Source: Octopus bimaculoides
Taxonomy: Eukaryota
Direction: 5' to 3'
DNA length: 48,921 nt
NCBI RefSeq assembly: GCF_001194135.2
Contig: NC_068997.1
Location: 1,009,399-1,058,319, forward strand
Within the stretch, counting starts at the first letter, position 1. Each line of letters opens with the position of its first letter. The notes below the pieces were generated by a model, which did not search any database, was not told the DNA's origin, and was given only the letters and a program-made list of their open reading frames with translations. This document shows positions 11,150-23,245 of this stretch, piece by piece. A program made the position numbers and the translations under genes.

Positions 11150-11520
11150 CTGCGAAACGAAAATAGAAGTGCTATTTTCTGCAAGCCACGTTACCTTCAA
11201 GTTGATGTATCTCGACAAAAGATTAGTTGCGAGCACGACATTCCTGAACAAGAGTCTCCTGTAAAGTATAATGGAATTTTGTGTGGATTTGAGTGATTTC
11301 CACAGTAAAAGGATTGAGGAATTCATTGTCGATGAGTTGGGTAAAATTGATAGGTACCAGTCATTTATAAGGTTAACTCCCTCGATTATCACTTAAATAC
11401 GTGGTCTTGTACCAATATAATATATGCAGATATCTTGTATAGTGGGTGCTATTTAACACTAGGTTTAATCCCTGCAAGCAGGGACTGTGAGGAAGTTTGT
11501 ATAACGTTTCATATATATCT
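11150..11520 (+). mobile_element. Possible highly decayed PLE C-terminal/GIY-YIG remnant
   Basis: Fragments KD*LRA and YKVNSLDYHLNTWSCTNIIYA weakly resemble PLE KD.LVRA and C.S.NVIY motifs. Confidence 0.25.
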
Positions 11521-11779
11521 GTTTTATTTTTTGGGAATGACATGAACGTCAGAACTTGCTATGAATTTCCTTAGAACTAGGCATATTTATTAGTTAACGA
11601 AACAACGCTTGGTTTTCTTTTCCTTGTACAGTTGTATTTTGAAGGTGAATGAGTGGCTATAATCACCTCATTTTACATGTTAGTTTGACGAGATTTGAAG
11701 ATGGAATGTTATGAATTAATCTAGTAAGTGCTTGCTGCTTTATGCTCTAGCTTGATGGATTTGGGGTCATCTCAGGTTA

Positions 11780-12045
11780 GTGGCTTCAGAGATGTCATCA
11801 TGCGTAAAGCCGACCAAGTCCACAAGTGCTCTCCATCACTGGCAGCCCTAAGCCGACCCCTCTGCATTCTCTAAAGTAACGTCGAACCTCTGAAGATCTT
11901 CTCCAATCATGTCCAGCTATCTAATGAGGGGTCTGCGATGAGACACCATCAAGCCCCTAGCTGCTGCGTCGAATGAGAGTAAATCCCTGGTAGGCTGATG
12001 TAGCAGGAGACATGTCCGTACCAGCGCATGTGACGGATAGCTATG
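11780..12045 (-). mobile_element. RTE-clade LINE 3' fragment
   Basis: Minus strand reads HMRWYGHVS...RPLIR*LDMIGEDLQRFDVTLENAE, the typical RTE RWxGHV...GRP C-terminus. Confidence 0.7.
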
Positions 12046-12419
12046 TACGTACTGACAAAATAATTTAGTCCTTCATTACACTAGTGATCGAGAATATTTG
12101 TTCATTTTGTTACTAAAAATGTTAATTTTCTGATTGACAAAGATCAAGGTTGCATTAAGGGAGAGACCAAAGATGGAGTAACATGAATTTCTTTAACTGT
12201 ATAAGCGATGGATTGATAAGGAATTTTGTTTCAACTGAGTAATCGTATTTCGTTACACGTTTTCAACTCTGAGTTTCCATAATTTCTTTTTTTTGTCTCG
12301 GACATGGTCTAGCTAACAGGAAAATGTGCGTACAGCAGTGATTATATTTTTAATTAGTTGAATCTGGAAACGAACAGGATAAGAAGTGGAAGCTTTAAAA
12401 AATATTAGAGCTGAAGCTT

Positions 12420-12735
12420 TACTGGCTTGGCTATGTGGTAAGAAGCTTGCTTCTCTACTTAATGGTTTCAGATTCAGTCCTATTGCGTGGCACCTTGGGC
12501 AAGTGTCTCTTCTACAGCCTCAAGCTGACCAAAGCCTTGTATGTTTTTGTCTTCCAACCATCGCTTGACAACCAATGTTGGTGTGTTTACGTTTCTGTAA
12601 CTTAGCGGTTCGACGAACGAGATCTATAGAAGAAATACCAGGCTTTAAAGAAAACAAGTAATGGGGTCGATTCAATCACCTAAAAAGTCTTCGAGGCGGT
12701 GCCGCAGTCTAATGAAGGAAACGAGTTAAAGAATA
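12420..12735 (+). mobile_element. tRNA-derived SINE 'family A' head (gtggcaccttgggcaagtgtc) with the 'E' tail (cgcttgacaacc...gaaacgagt)
   Basis: Matches copies at 19790-20175 and 22920-23245. Confidence 0.8.
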
Positions 12736-12789
12736 ACTGAAGCTGGAATTGAAATTAAGTTTTAATTAAATATAAGTGTATAATTTGAT

Positions 12790-12955
12790 GCTATTATGTT
12801 AAACTGTCGTATATCCAATTTTAATTCATTTATTATTTTTTTTGCAATATTTATTTTTTGTTTGCAATAGCCAGTTCTTTTGGTCAAACCGTTGTATCTG
12901 CAGCTGCTTCGAGTGCCAAGATATCAAAAATTGTCAAAGTGTAGTACAACAGTTT
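12790..12955 (+). repeat. Unclassified interspersed repeat, homologous in opposite orientation to 5140-5300
   Basis: gcaatagccagttcttttggtcaaaccgttgtatctgcagctgcttc versus the reverse complement gcaacagccggttcttttggtcaaactatcgtatctccagctgcttc. Confidence 0.75.
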
Positions 12956-13634
12956 TGCTATGGAATGGTGGAACTATTTTTCCCGTTTTCTGAAAAAGCA
13001 ACGTTTTGGACTTACACTTTCGCATAATAGCAACTATCTTTTCCTCTACATTCGAAGTTCCTCTACGAAGAAAATGTACATGGAGTTTCCCATATTTAGC
13101 ATTTTTCGATACTTGGTACCCAGAAACTATCACCATAACAGTTATGTCCTCTATAAAGCTTGAGCAACAAACCTTTCTCCCCAACAAATATTTAAAATGA
13201 TCTTTCTCACACTCAACAAAACCTATTAGAGTGTTTTCTCAGACCTGCACATGTGTGCAGTAGGGGAAAGAAAAGAGCCCTTTAAATTTAACATTTCCAA
13301 CGATACTTTAGTCTTTCCGTTTTTAGTCATTTTTTAAGACCCATAGCTAAAGGTATTATTTCAATTCAAATTCCAGCTTCAGCTACGATATTCTTAAGTT
13401 TCTAGTTCTTCTTATCTTGTTCAATTAACGATGATGATATTTAACTAAGACATCATCAATCTTGCACTTACACTTTCCATGCAAGATGATCCGCTTTATA
13501 TTCAATGCTCTTTCCACACCGTTACTGAAACAAAGCTGTCGTATCTACTTAATTATTTATATCAATTTTTACTGCTTCGTATGAAAACTGGCCTAACAAT
13601 TAAAAAATCAAAACAAAACAAGCCCTAACAATAG

Positions 13635-13765
13635 GTGCAAGCATGGTTGTGTGGTAAGTTTGTTTGTTTTAACCACATGATTCTAGGCTCAATCCCACTG
13701 CGTGGTACCTCTGGCATGTGTTTTCAACTATATCCCTTGTAAATGGATTTGGTAGGAGGAGGCTG
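13635..13765 (+). mobile_element. SINE family A (partial)
   Basis: gttgtgtggtaag...caatcccactgcgtggtacctctggcatgtg. Confidence 0.7.
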
Positions 13766-14199
13766 AAATGTATAATTTCTAAGCTTAAATTGGCCTATTT
13801 ATGCTTTAAATTTAAGACTAATCCTCTCAAAGAATCTTGGCATTTTTTATTAAATTTAAGTGAAAAATATCGTTTGCATTTCAAACTTCTATTTTCCATC
13901 TAAATTTTAGTTTTTGTCATCTACAAACTACCCTCTACTTATATAAATGTCAAAATATGGAAAAACTGGAAAAATCTAAGTTTGTGCATTGCTTTCTGTA
14001 ATACACAAATTGATGGAACAGAATCGGTTAAAATTTGAAGTCATTGTGATTCTACGATTCTGCATTTTAAAGTTTATTTTAAAATCTTTCAGTGTCACAA
14101 AATTTATTGACTAACAATTTTGACTTCTTTGTGCTACAAGTCGAGGCCAACAGGAATAAATTTCTCTTGAGATTCTATATTATTAATCCTTTCTATTAC

Positions 14200-14668
14200 A
14201 GGCACAAGGCCAGCAATTTTGGGTTAAGGGGCTAAGTCGATTAGCTCGACCTCCTGTGCTCAACTGATACTTATTTTATCGACTCCCAAAGGATGAAAGG
14301 CAAAGTCTACATTGGCGGCTTTTGAACCCAAACCGTAAAGCCAGAAGTAATGCCGCTAAGCATTTTATCCGGTGCGCTAACTTTCTGCTTGCTTGCCACC
14401 TTAAGAGATTCTTGCAGTTATGTTTTACTCTCAATTTTTGAACGCACATATATTCTTTTCTATTCTAGGCACCAGGCACGAAATTTTTGGGGAGGGGACC
14501 AGTCGATTAGATCGACCCCAGTAGCAACTGGTACTTAATTTATCAACTCTGAAAGGATGAAAGACAAAGTCGACCTCGGCGGAATTTGAACTCAGAGCGT
14601 AAAGACAGACGAAATATCGCTAAGCATTTTGCCCGGCGTGCTAACGATTCTGCCAGCTCGCTGCCTTT
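14200..14668 (-). mobile_element. Two tandem SINE family B copies (14200-14402 and 14425-14668)
   Basis: Two successive aaggatgaaag.caaagtc cores in the same orientation. Confidence 0.85.
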
Positions 14669-14698
14669 GAACACATATGTAGTATTATATATACATGT

Positions 14699-15063
14699 GG
14701 AGGCGCAATGACCCAGTGGTTAGGGCAGCGGACTCGCGGTCAAAGGATCGCGGTTTCGATTCCCAGCCCGGCCGTTGAGTATTTATTGAGCGAAAACACC
14801 TAAAAAGCTCCACGAGGCTTCGGCAGGGGATGGTGGCGAACCCTCCTGTACTCTTTCACTACAACTTTCTCTCATTCTTTCTTCCTGCTTCTGTTGTACC
14901 AGTATTTCAAAGGGCCAGCTTTATCACGCTCAATCTCCTCGAAAACTACGTTAAGGGTACATGTGTCTGTGGAGTGCTCAGCCACTTGCACTTTAATTTC
15001 ACGAGCAGGCTGTTCCGTTGATTGGATCAACTGGAACTCTCATCGTCGTAACCGACGGAGTGC
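14699..15063 (+). mobile_element. Full-length tRNA-derived SINE 'family C' (ggaggcgcaatgacccagtggttagggcagcggactcgcgg)
   Basis: A-box (TGACCCAGTGG) and B-box (GGTTTCGATTCC); matches the inverted copy at 17235-17583. Confidence 0.9.
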
Positions 15064-15099
15064 TGTAGGAAAATAACCATAGATGAAGAATAAAAGAGA

Positions 15100-15300
15100 A
15101 TCCAACAAGATCTAGAAAAGTCGTACATGAAAGAATTTGAAATGGTGAAGACATGCTAGATTAAGAAGTTTATGAAACTCAAAGGTCAGAGAATGAAGAC
15201 TGAAGTCCGTCACCCACCTGCGAAAGCAATAATTAGTGTAAGTAGCCGATATCTAGAAAGATCTGAAGAAGCAGTACTAAACAAAGGTCCCAACTTTGAC
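15100..15300 (+). mobile_element. Fossil Penelope-like element, N-terminal segment
   Basis: AIISVSSRYLERSEEAVLNKGPNF resembles the PLE motif VVNLSSR.L...E..VL.KG.NF. Confidence 0.65.
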
Positions 15301-15384
15301 GGATCCATTTTAGGCTCGTGGAATATATTCACTTTAAATTTGACAAAGAGCCACAATAATGCTAAAATTAAATGTTTGTTTTAG

Positions 15385-15790
15385 ATTGTTTTGGCACAAG
15401 GCCAGCAATTTCGTGGAAGGGGGACTAAGTCGATTATATCGCTCCCCAGTGCTCAACTGGCACTTATTTTATCGCCTCCGAAAAGATGAAAGGCAAAGTC
15501 GACCCTGACAGCATTGGAACTGAGAATGTAAAGAGCTGAAGGAAATACCAGCAAGCACTTTGTCCGGCATTTTAACGATTCCGCCAACATCTTAAAGACT
15601 GTGAACTGGCGGAATCGTGGTCCTACCAGATAAAATGATGCTTAGCGTCGTTTCTTCTGGTTGTGCGTTGAGTTCAGATTCAGCCGAGGTCGACTTTGAC
15701 TTCCATAATTTTCGGTGTCGATAGAATAAACAGGCACCAGTTGAGCAGTGGGGTCAATATAATGGACTAGTGTCTTCCATACAAAATTTC
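15385..15790. mobile_element. Head-to-head inverted pair of SINE family B copies (15385-15587 minus; 15603-15790 plus)
   Basis: acgattccgcca (15575-15586) and tggcggaatcgt (15607-15618) face each other, and both SINE bodies extend outward. Confidence 0.85.
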
Positions 15791-17234
15791 AGACATTTAC
15801 CTAGAGTAGAATGAGCATTAGTATCATCTTGTACGTTCTGAATTACGTAATCCTTAGAACTAACAACCTTCCAATTAACTTTATTCCACATTCACAGAAA
15901 TCTAATTTCTTAGGGAAAATAAATTATTATCAACTGCGAATCTTCATAAACCAAATATTTACGACCGAGAACATCTCTTCCACTAAATATTATAAAAACA
16001 AAACCTACTAAACGCAATTTCTAAATTATTATGCATGATCATAAATATTTGCTGCCATATTAATCTAACTGATTACGAATAAAAACAAATGTTCTTGCTA
16101 GCTTATTGTATTTTACCCTTCTATAAATGCCATAGATATTGGTATTAAATGATATTGCCAAGCAACAACATTTTAAAAATTTCGTTTACCAAAAGAACTT
16201 GTTTAAAAAAAAAAGCACTTCATTAAAAAAAAAAAAAATCAACTATTTCCCACCCAAAATTCGTTGATAATGACTTCACTTTTAAATTCGGGAGAGTAGG
16301 GTAGGTCGGGGATGGAATTCAAGATTTGGGCTGTGGAGTGGAAGTGACACCTCACAATTCTTGGATCGGTTAGCTGATGGTAGGGTGACTCAAGTATTTG
16401 GAATCAAAACAAGTATAAAACTTAGATTACTTAACACTCATGCCCTCTCACCTCGTCACATGTGCAATAAATCATCGTATTTTAATTTAAAAAAAGCTAA
16501 CGGAAAGAATTAGTCGACGTAATTAAACGAATTGTTTAGTCTGTCGCTTTTTTTTTTGCTTTAAGAAATTCAGTGACAATCTTTGGGAATATGAAATGTT
16601 AAATTGCTTCTTTGCCAGCTTTCCGTAAAAAGTTGACAAATTAGTCAAATTCTATAGCTTGTCAAAATCTATCTGGTTTTAGGGATGTGACAGAAAAAAT
16701 ACTTAAAATAAAAAAAAAAATGCTTCTAATTTGGAATTTACGTTATCGACTGAGAAACTTCCGGTTTCCTTGGATAAATGACAAAACTGCGGAAGACGAT
16801 GTCTAGGTGTGTTGCAGAGGAGAATTTATCTGTTTAGCTCTGAGCCGGCCCTAATGGAGTAGACTTCTGTTATATAGACGCAATATTACCAAGGAGAATT
16901 TAGTTGTTTAGTTCAAAGTGATATCTGACAGAATAGAACAATGATCAAATGTTGCAACCATGAGTATTTTATGGTGTCCAGCTTATACTGGATTGATGGC
17001 AAATTATTCAACCTTGGTGCATTCCTCGGTGTCAGAACAAAAATCCCGATTACATTGGTAACTGCTGAACTGACACACACAAAAGATGTCATAGAATGAC
17101 TTCGACTGAAGGATTCCAGACAATTACTGGTATTATCACTGACGTTTATGAGGACAGGAATCTGTCAACAGAAGTAAAACTAAAGTCATGCCTCAACAAA
17201 CAAGTACCTAATGCAGCCATTTGGGTGACAGTTT

Positions 17235-17583
17235 GTTGTTGGCACTACGACGTCGAGGGTTCCAGTTGATCCGATCAACGAAACAGCCTGCTCGTGAAAT
17301 TAACGTGCAAGTGGCTGAGCACTCCACAGACACGTGGGATATTCAGCGTAACACAGTGTGACAAAGCTGACCCTTTGAATTACAGGCACAACAGAAACAG
17401 GAAGTAAGAGAAAGTTGTGGCGGAAGAGTACACCAGGGTTCGCCACCATCCCCTGCCGGAGCCTCGTGGTGCTTTAGGTGCTTTCGCTCAATAAACACTC
17501 ACAACGCCCGGTGTGGGCATCGAAACCGCGATCCTATGACCGCGAGTCCGCTGCCCTAACCACTGGACCATTGCGCCTCTACA
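17235..17583 (-). mobile_element. SINE family C with a 12-bp target-site duplication
   Basis: gggtgacagttt at 17223-17234 and 17584-17595 flanks the element. Confidence 0.92.
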
Positions 17584-17844
17584 GGGTGACAGTTTAAATA
17601 GTAACATATGACAACAAGTAGAACACCAGATTAAATGTCGGATCTGTTTAGTTTCAGGCATCACGTTTCGTATCCTAATTTCAAAATAGCTGTTGAAATA
17701 AATTACCAGTTACTTTATCAGTATTGGTGGAATTTGAAATCGCAACATGGTCACTCCACTTCACAGCAGCCAAATAACATTCTACCATTTTATAAAGGAA
17801 GAATACGTAAAATATATTGAACTACATTATTCAATGCTGTAAAC

Positions 17845-18131
17845 CACAAGTTCCCAAACTTTTTTGAGATGCCACCCCCTTGGCACCCAAGCCACATTCA
17901 TAACACTCACTACCGACTCACCACTACATCCACAGACCACTTTCTGCAGCACACACAAAACAACTGTATTTCACAAATAAAACTTAATCTAAGTATCCAT
18001 TATTTCGTTCTTTTTTTTTACATCCATTGCTCCCCTTTAGCCACCTCATTATCGCCCCTACTTCAGCGCTCCCTACTAGATCTTTCCAATACTTCTAGAG
18101 GGGGCAGTATTGCCCTCTTTGGGAACCACAG
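17845..18131. mobile_element. hAT-type MITE
   Basis: Ends ca.aagttcccaaac and ctttgggaaccacag resemble hAT (cagtggttcccaaac-type) terminal inverted repeats. Confidence 0.6.
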
Positions 18132-18339
18132 CTGTAAACACATATAGATCTCTAAGAATTGAATGACTTTGATCATAGATGTGCTCGATTAGAGCTGACC
18201 TGGAGTTAAATAATAACAAATAACTATTTGTAAAATTTTCTGTGATTGATATTATCTACGACATTCCCACCCTGTAAATCGTAGGTTTCTGCCCAGGAGT
18301 ACAATATATTCTAACGTATGATATAGTTTTACCTATGAT

Positions 18340-18720
18340 CGATCAAATAGGGAGTTGATCCGGAAAATTGTCACAATTTCGTTAAAAGCTTCTAGAATCT
18401 GTTTTGTTAAACCGGGCTCAGTTGTGTATAGCACTCGCTTCAGTAACACTGGATATTGAGATAACATTGTGAATATAGAAAATTATTACTGCCAAAGATG
18501 TCGGAAGTTTTTGGATGATGATATTTAACAGTTGAATTATAATGTGGATTCGCATGACAGCGTGATTAGTGCTCAGAGAACTGCGATTTAAAAGCGTATA
18601 CGAAATAATTACAGAACACAGTTATCTTTATCTGGCTCTAATATATGTTGGCACTGTTGGAATCTTCCACACAGGGACTATTGAAACAATTACATTGTTG
18701 ATGTCAAGGCGAGGGCGGTA
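18340..18720 (+). mobile_element. Possible decayed PLE GIY-YIG remnant
   Basis: DNIV...YYCQRCRKFLDDDI*QLNYNVDSHDSVI parallels NV.Y.I.C..C.K.YIGET.Q.L..R...H.S.I; four stops in about 125 codons. Confidence 0.3.
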
Positions 18721-18964
18721 ATTTTTCGTGCTTACAAGACAAAAAAGAAATATATATTTTCAGGAAGATAATGATGTTCAATTGAATAAATTTAACCCTT
18801 TGAACGCTGAAAGCGGATAAATCCGCTCAAAATTTTAATACCATTAACTGCAGAAAGTGGTTTTATCCCACAGCTTTGAAAGTGGAGACACATCCAATTT
18901 TACAAAAGACAATTTTTTCAGATTTTCTTCATTTATTTCTCATATTTCATCAAATATTTTATAG

Positions 18965-19115
18965 GTTCAGGCGTGGCTGTGTAGTAAGAAGTTTACTTTC
19001 CAATGGTTCCAGGTTCGGCCCCACTGTGTACCATCTTGGGCAAGTCTCTTCTACCATAGCCTCGGACTGACCAATGCCTTGTGAGACGGATACTGAAAGA
19101 AGCCCATCGTGTATA
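18965..19115 (+). mobile_element. SINE family A followed by a (TA)n tail
   Basis: caggcgtggctgtgtagtaagaag...ttgggcaagtctcttctaccatagcctcgg...gaaagaagcccatcgt. Confidence 0.85.
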
Positions 19116-19366
19116 TAAATATATATATATATATATAAGGTTATGAAGGGTATTGGATTCAACCAAAGCCTAAAGATACAAGTAATACCAAGTAAGTGCT
19201 GTATACCGGCTAGTTTTGCCCCTTACATTGTATAAACATGAGTGGGGATTATAACATAGGTCGTGTATTAGCGTGTGTATGTATAAAGAGAGAAAAGGAT
19301 AAAGAGAACAATGGCAGAGTTATATATTTCTAACTCTGCCATTGTTCTCTTTATCCTTTTCTCTCT

Positions 19367-19376
19367 NNNNNNNNNN
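19367..19376. other. Assembly gap (10 N)
   Basis: N run. Confidence 1.
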
Positions 19377-19789
19377 TATATATATATGGTAAGAAGTGTA
19401 TTCCTACGCACGTAAAAATATAGGAAAATTTATTTTGGAGTTTGAAATAGCACTCCCGTATGATCAATGCTGGATCATTTTTGATTATATTAATCTGCTC
19501 AATCAGAGCTGATCTGGAGATAAACAGTAACACATGATTGGGATCATAGATTTTGTAAGAATTTATGATCCCCATCTGTCACCTGGAGTTGTTGAAGTTT
19601 TTTTATCTTTGTAATATAAATCTTTTTATTTTTATTAATTCTAGTCACCTGACTGAAGAGCTAAAATATGAGCTTGCACGTGCAACTGTATTTATTTTAC
19701 TTGTTTCAGTTATTAGACTCTGGCCATGCTGGAGCACCGCTTTGATGAAGAAATCATATATGTATAATTTATAGTTACAGGTGTGGATA

Positions 19790-20175
19790 GGTGCATGCGT
19801 GGCTGTGTGTTAAGAAGTTTGCTTTCCAACCACATGGATCCAGGCTCAATCTCACTGCGAGACACATTGGGCAAGTGTCATCTACTAAGACCCTTGTGAG
19901 TGGATTTTGTAGACCGACACGGAAAGAAGCGCCACGTACATGTATGTATTTATTTATATGTATGTATATCTTTGAGTTTGTTCCCCAGCCACCATCTGAC
20001 AACTAGTTTACATTCTCGTCATTTGGCCATTCGGCAAAAGAGACCGATAGAATAAGTACCAGGCTTTAAAAAGATATGTACGTAGGGTTGATTCATTCGA
20101 CAAAAAGTCCTTCAAGGCCTTGCCCCAGCGTGACCACAATCTAGTGCCTGAAACAAGTAAAAAACTAAAGAGAAA
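19790..20175 (+). mobile_element. SINE family A plus E tail
   Basis: Head 19790-19935; tail 19985-20175 with gaccgatagaataagtaccaggct. Confidence 0.8.
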
Positions 20176-20394
20176 ATATGTGAAACATAAGACTTTTTTT
20201 TTATAGCTGTGGCATTTCAATGTAGGTGTAAATTAAAGGAGCTGCGTTTCAGTCTGTGGTGGAATATTATAAGATTGGTTACGGAGAAAATATTCCGAAT
20301 AACGTTTTCAGAGTATTAAACTTCTTACATTAGTTGCGCTTATTGATAGTGAGGGCTGGTCCATGTTCTTTAGCGTTCGTTTCTGTTTTCAGCA

Positions 20395-20550
20395 CAATTA
20401 CCATTATCACCACCATCACAACCACCAGGACAATCATTAGCACAACCACAATTAATCTATTAATAACCCTTATCACTACGTCCACCTCCACCACCACCAT
20501 AATTACAATCACTTTCTCCACAATCATCATCATAATGATGATGATCATCA
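20395..20550. repeat. Degenerate (CAC/CAT)n trinucleotide tract
   Basis: Directly visible. Confidence 0.9.
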
Positions 20551-22129
20551 TCTTTCTTAGGTGTTTCTACAATCAAACTTCTAAAATTCTATGATATTTA
20601 CGCCATTGTTCCCATATGTTGTTGGATGTGGTATCGGATTTTCATTTCTTTTCGATTTAATCAGGACAAATTATGGTCTCTTGGGTTCGAAACAAAGAGC
20701 AAAAGTAAAAGAAAGTTTAGAATCCCTAAAGTCAGAAATTTCCCTGTATTTTGATCTCTTCTAATATCTACAGTTTTTGTAATGAAGAATCTCTTGTCAA
20801 GATTAACTCATTCTGTACCCGAAACCGCCAACATTAAAACACGAACTTTCCAGTTTTGTGCAACAGGAGTAAGTATTCCAAACCCGTGGGTCATTATTTC
20901 AATCCTGTCTGTCTGTTTGTTTGTTTCTCTCTCTTTCTCTCACTTTCTCTCACTTTCTCTCTCTTTCTCTCTCTTTCTCCCCGAAACAGAAGGATTTTTC
21001 GTAATATAATCCCTATTCCTTAATTCTTAAATGGCGGACATCCTCAAATGATGTTTTATTCTCCCATCGACAAGGACTACTTACGACTCTGCCAGATCGC
21101 TGTCTTCAAACGTAAAGAGTTTGAACATTTCTATCACGTTTTTTTTTTAATTTCAAGGAAGCAGTTGCGTCATAGCCTTCGCAGAGATTGAAGCAGTTAA
21201 CGTTCTACATACTTACACACTAAGTATTATAATTGAACATAAAGGAAGAGTTTATTGTTTGGAATATTATGAAATATTAACTCTATGCTAGAAGTTATTA
21301 AGCTATACTATGTAAGAAGATGGTGCCATACAGATATCAGGAATGTGTGATAATAAATATTTAATTGATTTCAGTTCAATTTTAGAGAAATTAAACTTCA
21401 ACAAGGTTTCACTGATATGGGAAGACATAGTAAATCGGTGTATGAAGTTATTAAGTTTTAGTTTTGCTAAAAAAAAGTGAAGAAACTTTTAGTTGTAATA
21501 TAAGATACGAAAACACAGAAGTCTTATAACAAAATAAGTCTTAGATTTTATGTTTATGTCTTTCTCAGTCGTTTTGTTAAATGATCGTGACGATACTACT
21601 TCTAGCAGACGTCGTTGCCTATTTGAAGAATCTATTTAAGTTTCTTTTTAAAAATCTAATCAACAGAATGCTGTTGTCATTAAATAACTTCTAAAATGGT
21701 TTTACTCAACAAAATCAATATTTTACTTAATCAATAGGAAGCAGTATATCTCTTCCTCATATCACAATAGTTTCGTCTGATTGCATTTTTTTTTACGTCA
21801 CTGGCTTACAGAGTTTCCAGAAATATCGCCCCAACATTTAAATCCTAAATCAGTTTTCACTATGTCCACCTCTCCCTCATGTGAAACAACGGAACTTGTC
21901 TCTTATATATAGCTAGTATAGTCTACAGCCTTCTCCATTAGGGCCACTGGAAAATAATTATCAGTTTAACACAAGAAAGTTAATGAAATCCTTTTCAATT
22001 GCAACATACTCCCACTTCTGCAATAGTGAATTCCTGACAGCATTTATTTATGTTTGTAACAGTGATTTTATAGTTTACTGTTATAAAGTTTTGTTAGTCA
22101 TAGGAAAAAGGAGCTATCAGCCAATTCAT

Positions 22130-22620
22130 GTTCCTTGTGGTTCATACTTCCGCTCGGGCTTTAAAACGACATATTTGTTTACTAGTTCGCCTTAACATTG
22201 TTCTTGAGTTTGTTGTAGTTGTAGCAGCAGCAGCAACATTAGCAGCAGCAACGTCAGTAGCAGCAGCAGCAACATTAGCAGCAGCAACATCAGTAGCAGC
22301 AGTTTCTTTGTCACTTTCTGGCTTCACAGTGTTGCCTCAAAACTTTTAATACATGCGCTCATCTTACAACAAATGTAAACTGTTAGTAGCTGCACGCGTC
22401 TGTCGGATCCATCACTTTTTCCAGATTGCCGTACGCTATTACTTTTGACCTCTAAAGAGGACCTTCTATATGATGTTTACCTTGGACGTTTCCGAGGTAT
22501 TTGAAGCTGATGTACTCGCTACACTCCCTCCAAAACTGAGACCACCATTAAATCTCCTGGAACACACAAGTTTGTTGCACCAAACAGTTTATTGGAATGT
22601 ACGTGCGCTGTAGTTTGTGT
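22130..22620 (-). mobile_element. Highly decayed RTE-like LINE RT fragment with an internal (GCT)-rich expansion
   Basis: Minus strand reads SFKYLG...AYGNLEKV...VYICCKMSACIKSFEATL, cf. FKYLGS...AFG.L.KVW...VY.ACV.S.LLYGSETWTL. Confidence 0.5.
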
Positions 22621-22654
22621 TTGCTGTGAATCTTTTTATCATTTACCTTTTATT

Positions 22655-23245
22655 TGTTTCAGTCATTAGATTACGGCCATGCTGCAGCACCACCTTGAAG
22701 AATTTTTAGTCGAATGAATCAACCCTGGCGCTTATGTTTATGAGCCTGGTACTTATTTATCTGTAGCTTTTGCTGAACCGCAGCTATGTTACGGGGACGT
22801 AATCACAACAATACCAGGTGTCGACCGGTGATGCGGAATAAACACAGATATAAACACAGACACACACACATTAATTGGGGCATGACTCTGGGAATACCTG
22901 TTAATATACATAAGTGAAGACGCAGGCATGGCTGTGTAATAAAAAGCTTTCTTCTAGACTCATGGTATCGGGTTCAGTCCCACTGCGCAGCATCTTGGGA
23001 AAATGTCTTCTTTTTTTAGCCCCGGGTAGACCAAAGCGTGTTTGTTCCCCAACTACCGCTTGACAACCGGTGGTGGTTTGTTTACGTCTCTGTAATCAAG
23101 CTGTTCGGTTGACGAGACTGCTAGAATAAGTACCAGGCTTAAAAAGTAAGTCCTAGGGTCGATTTGCTCTCGACTAATCCATTCAAGGCAGTGCTACAGT
23201 ATGACCGCAGTCCAATGAATGAAGCAAATTAAAGAGGAGAGATAA
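22655..23245. mobile_element. Inverted E-tail SINE fragment (22655-22850, minus) and family A+E SINE (22920-23245, plus)
   Basis: Shared tail motifs occur in opposite orientation. Confidence 0.75.

Noticed and set aside
14699-14775. tRNA-gene-like sequences at SINE heads (also 17510-17583 and others)
   Set aside because: They have A/B boxes but no complete cloverleaf or acceptor stem, and they continue into SINE bodies, so they are not functional tRNA genes.
18480-18690. YYCQRCRKFL and ICWHC resemble B-box zinc fingers of a TRIM pseudogene
   Set aside because: Required Cys/His residues are missing and the spacing is wrong; a GIY-YIG remnant or chance explains it at least as well.
19287-19366. 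Perfect 36-bp hairpin (8-nt loop)
   Set aside because: It ends exactly at a 10-N gap, the typical signature of a fold-back read or assembly artefact. Long reads are needed before giving it biological meaning.
20330-20594. ORFs rich in Ile/Thr/Val/Met
   Set aside because: Translations of a (CAC/CAT)n tract.
20670-21200. Plus-strand exon candidates (TNYGLLGSKQRAK; FVMKNLLSRLTHSVPETANIKTRTFQFCATG; DYLRLCQIAVFK)
   Set aside because: Splice motifs are present, but there is no recognisable homology and the implied introns are implausibly short; indistinguishable from chance without RNA data.
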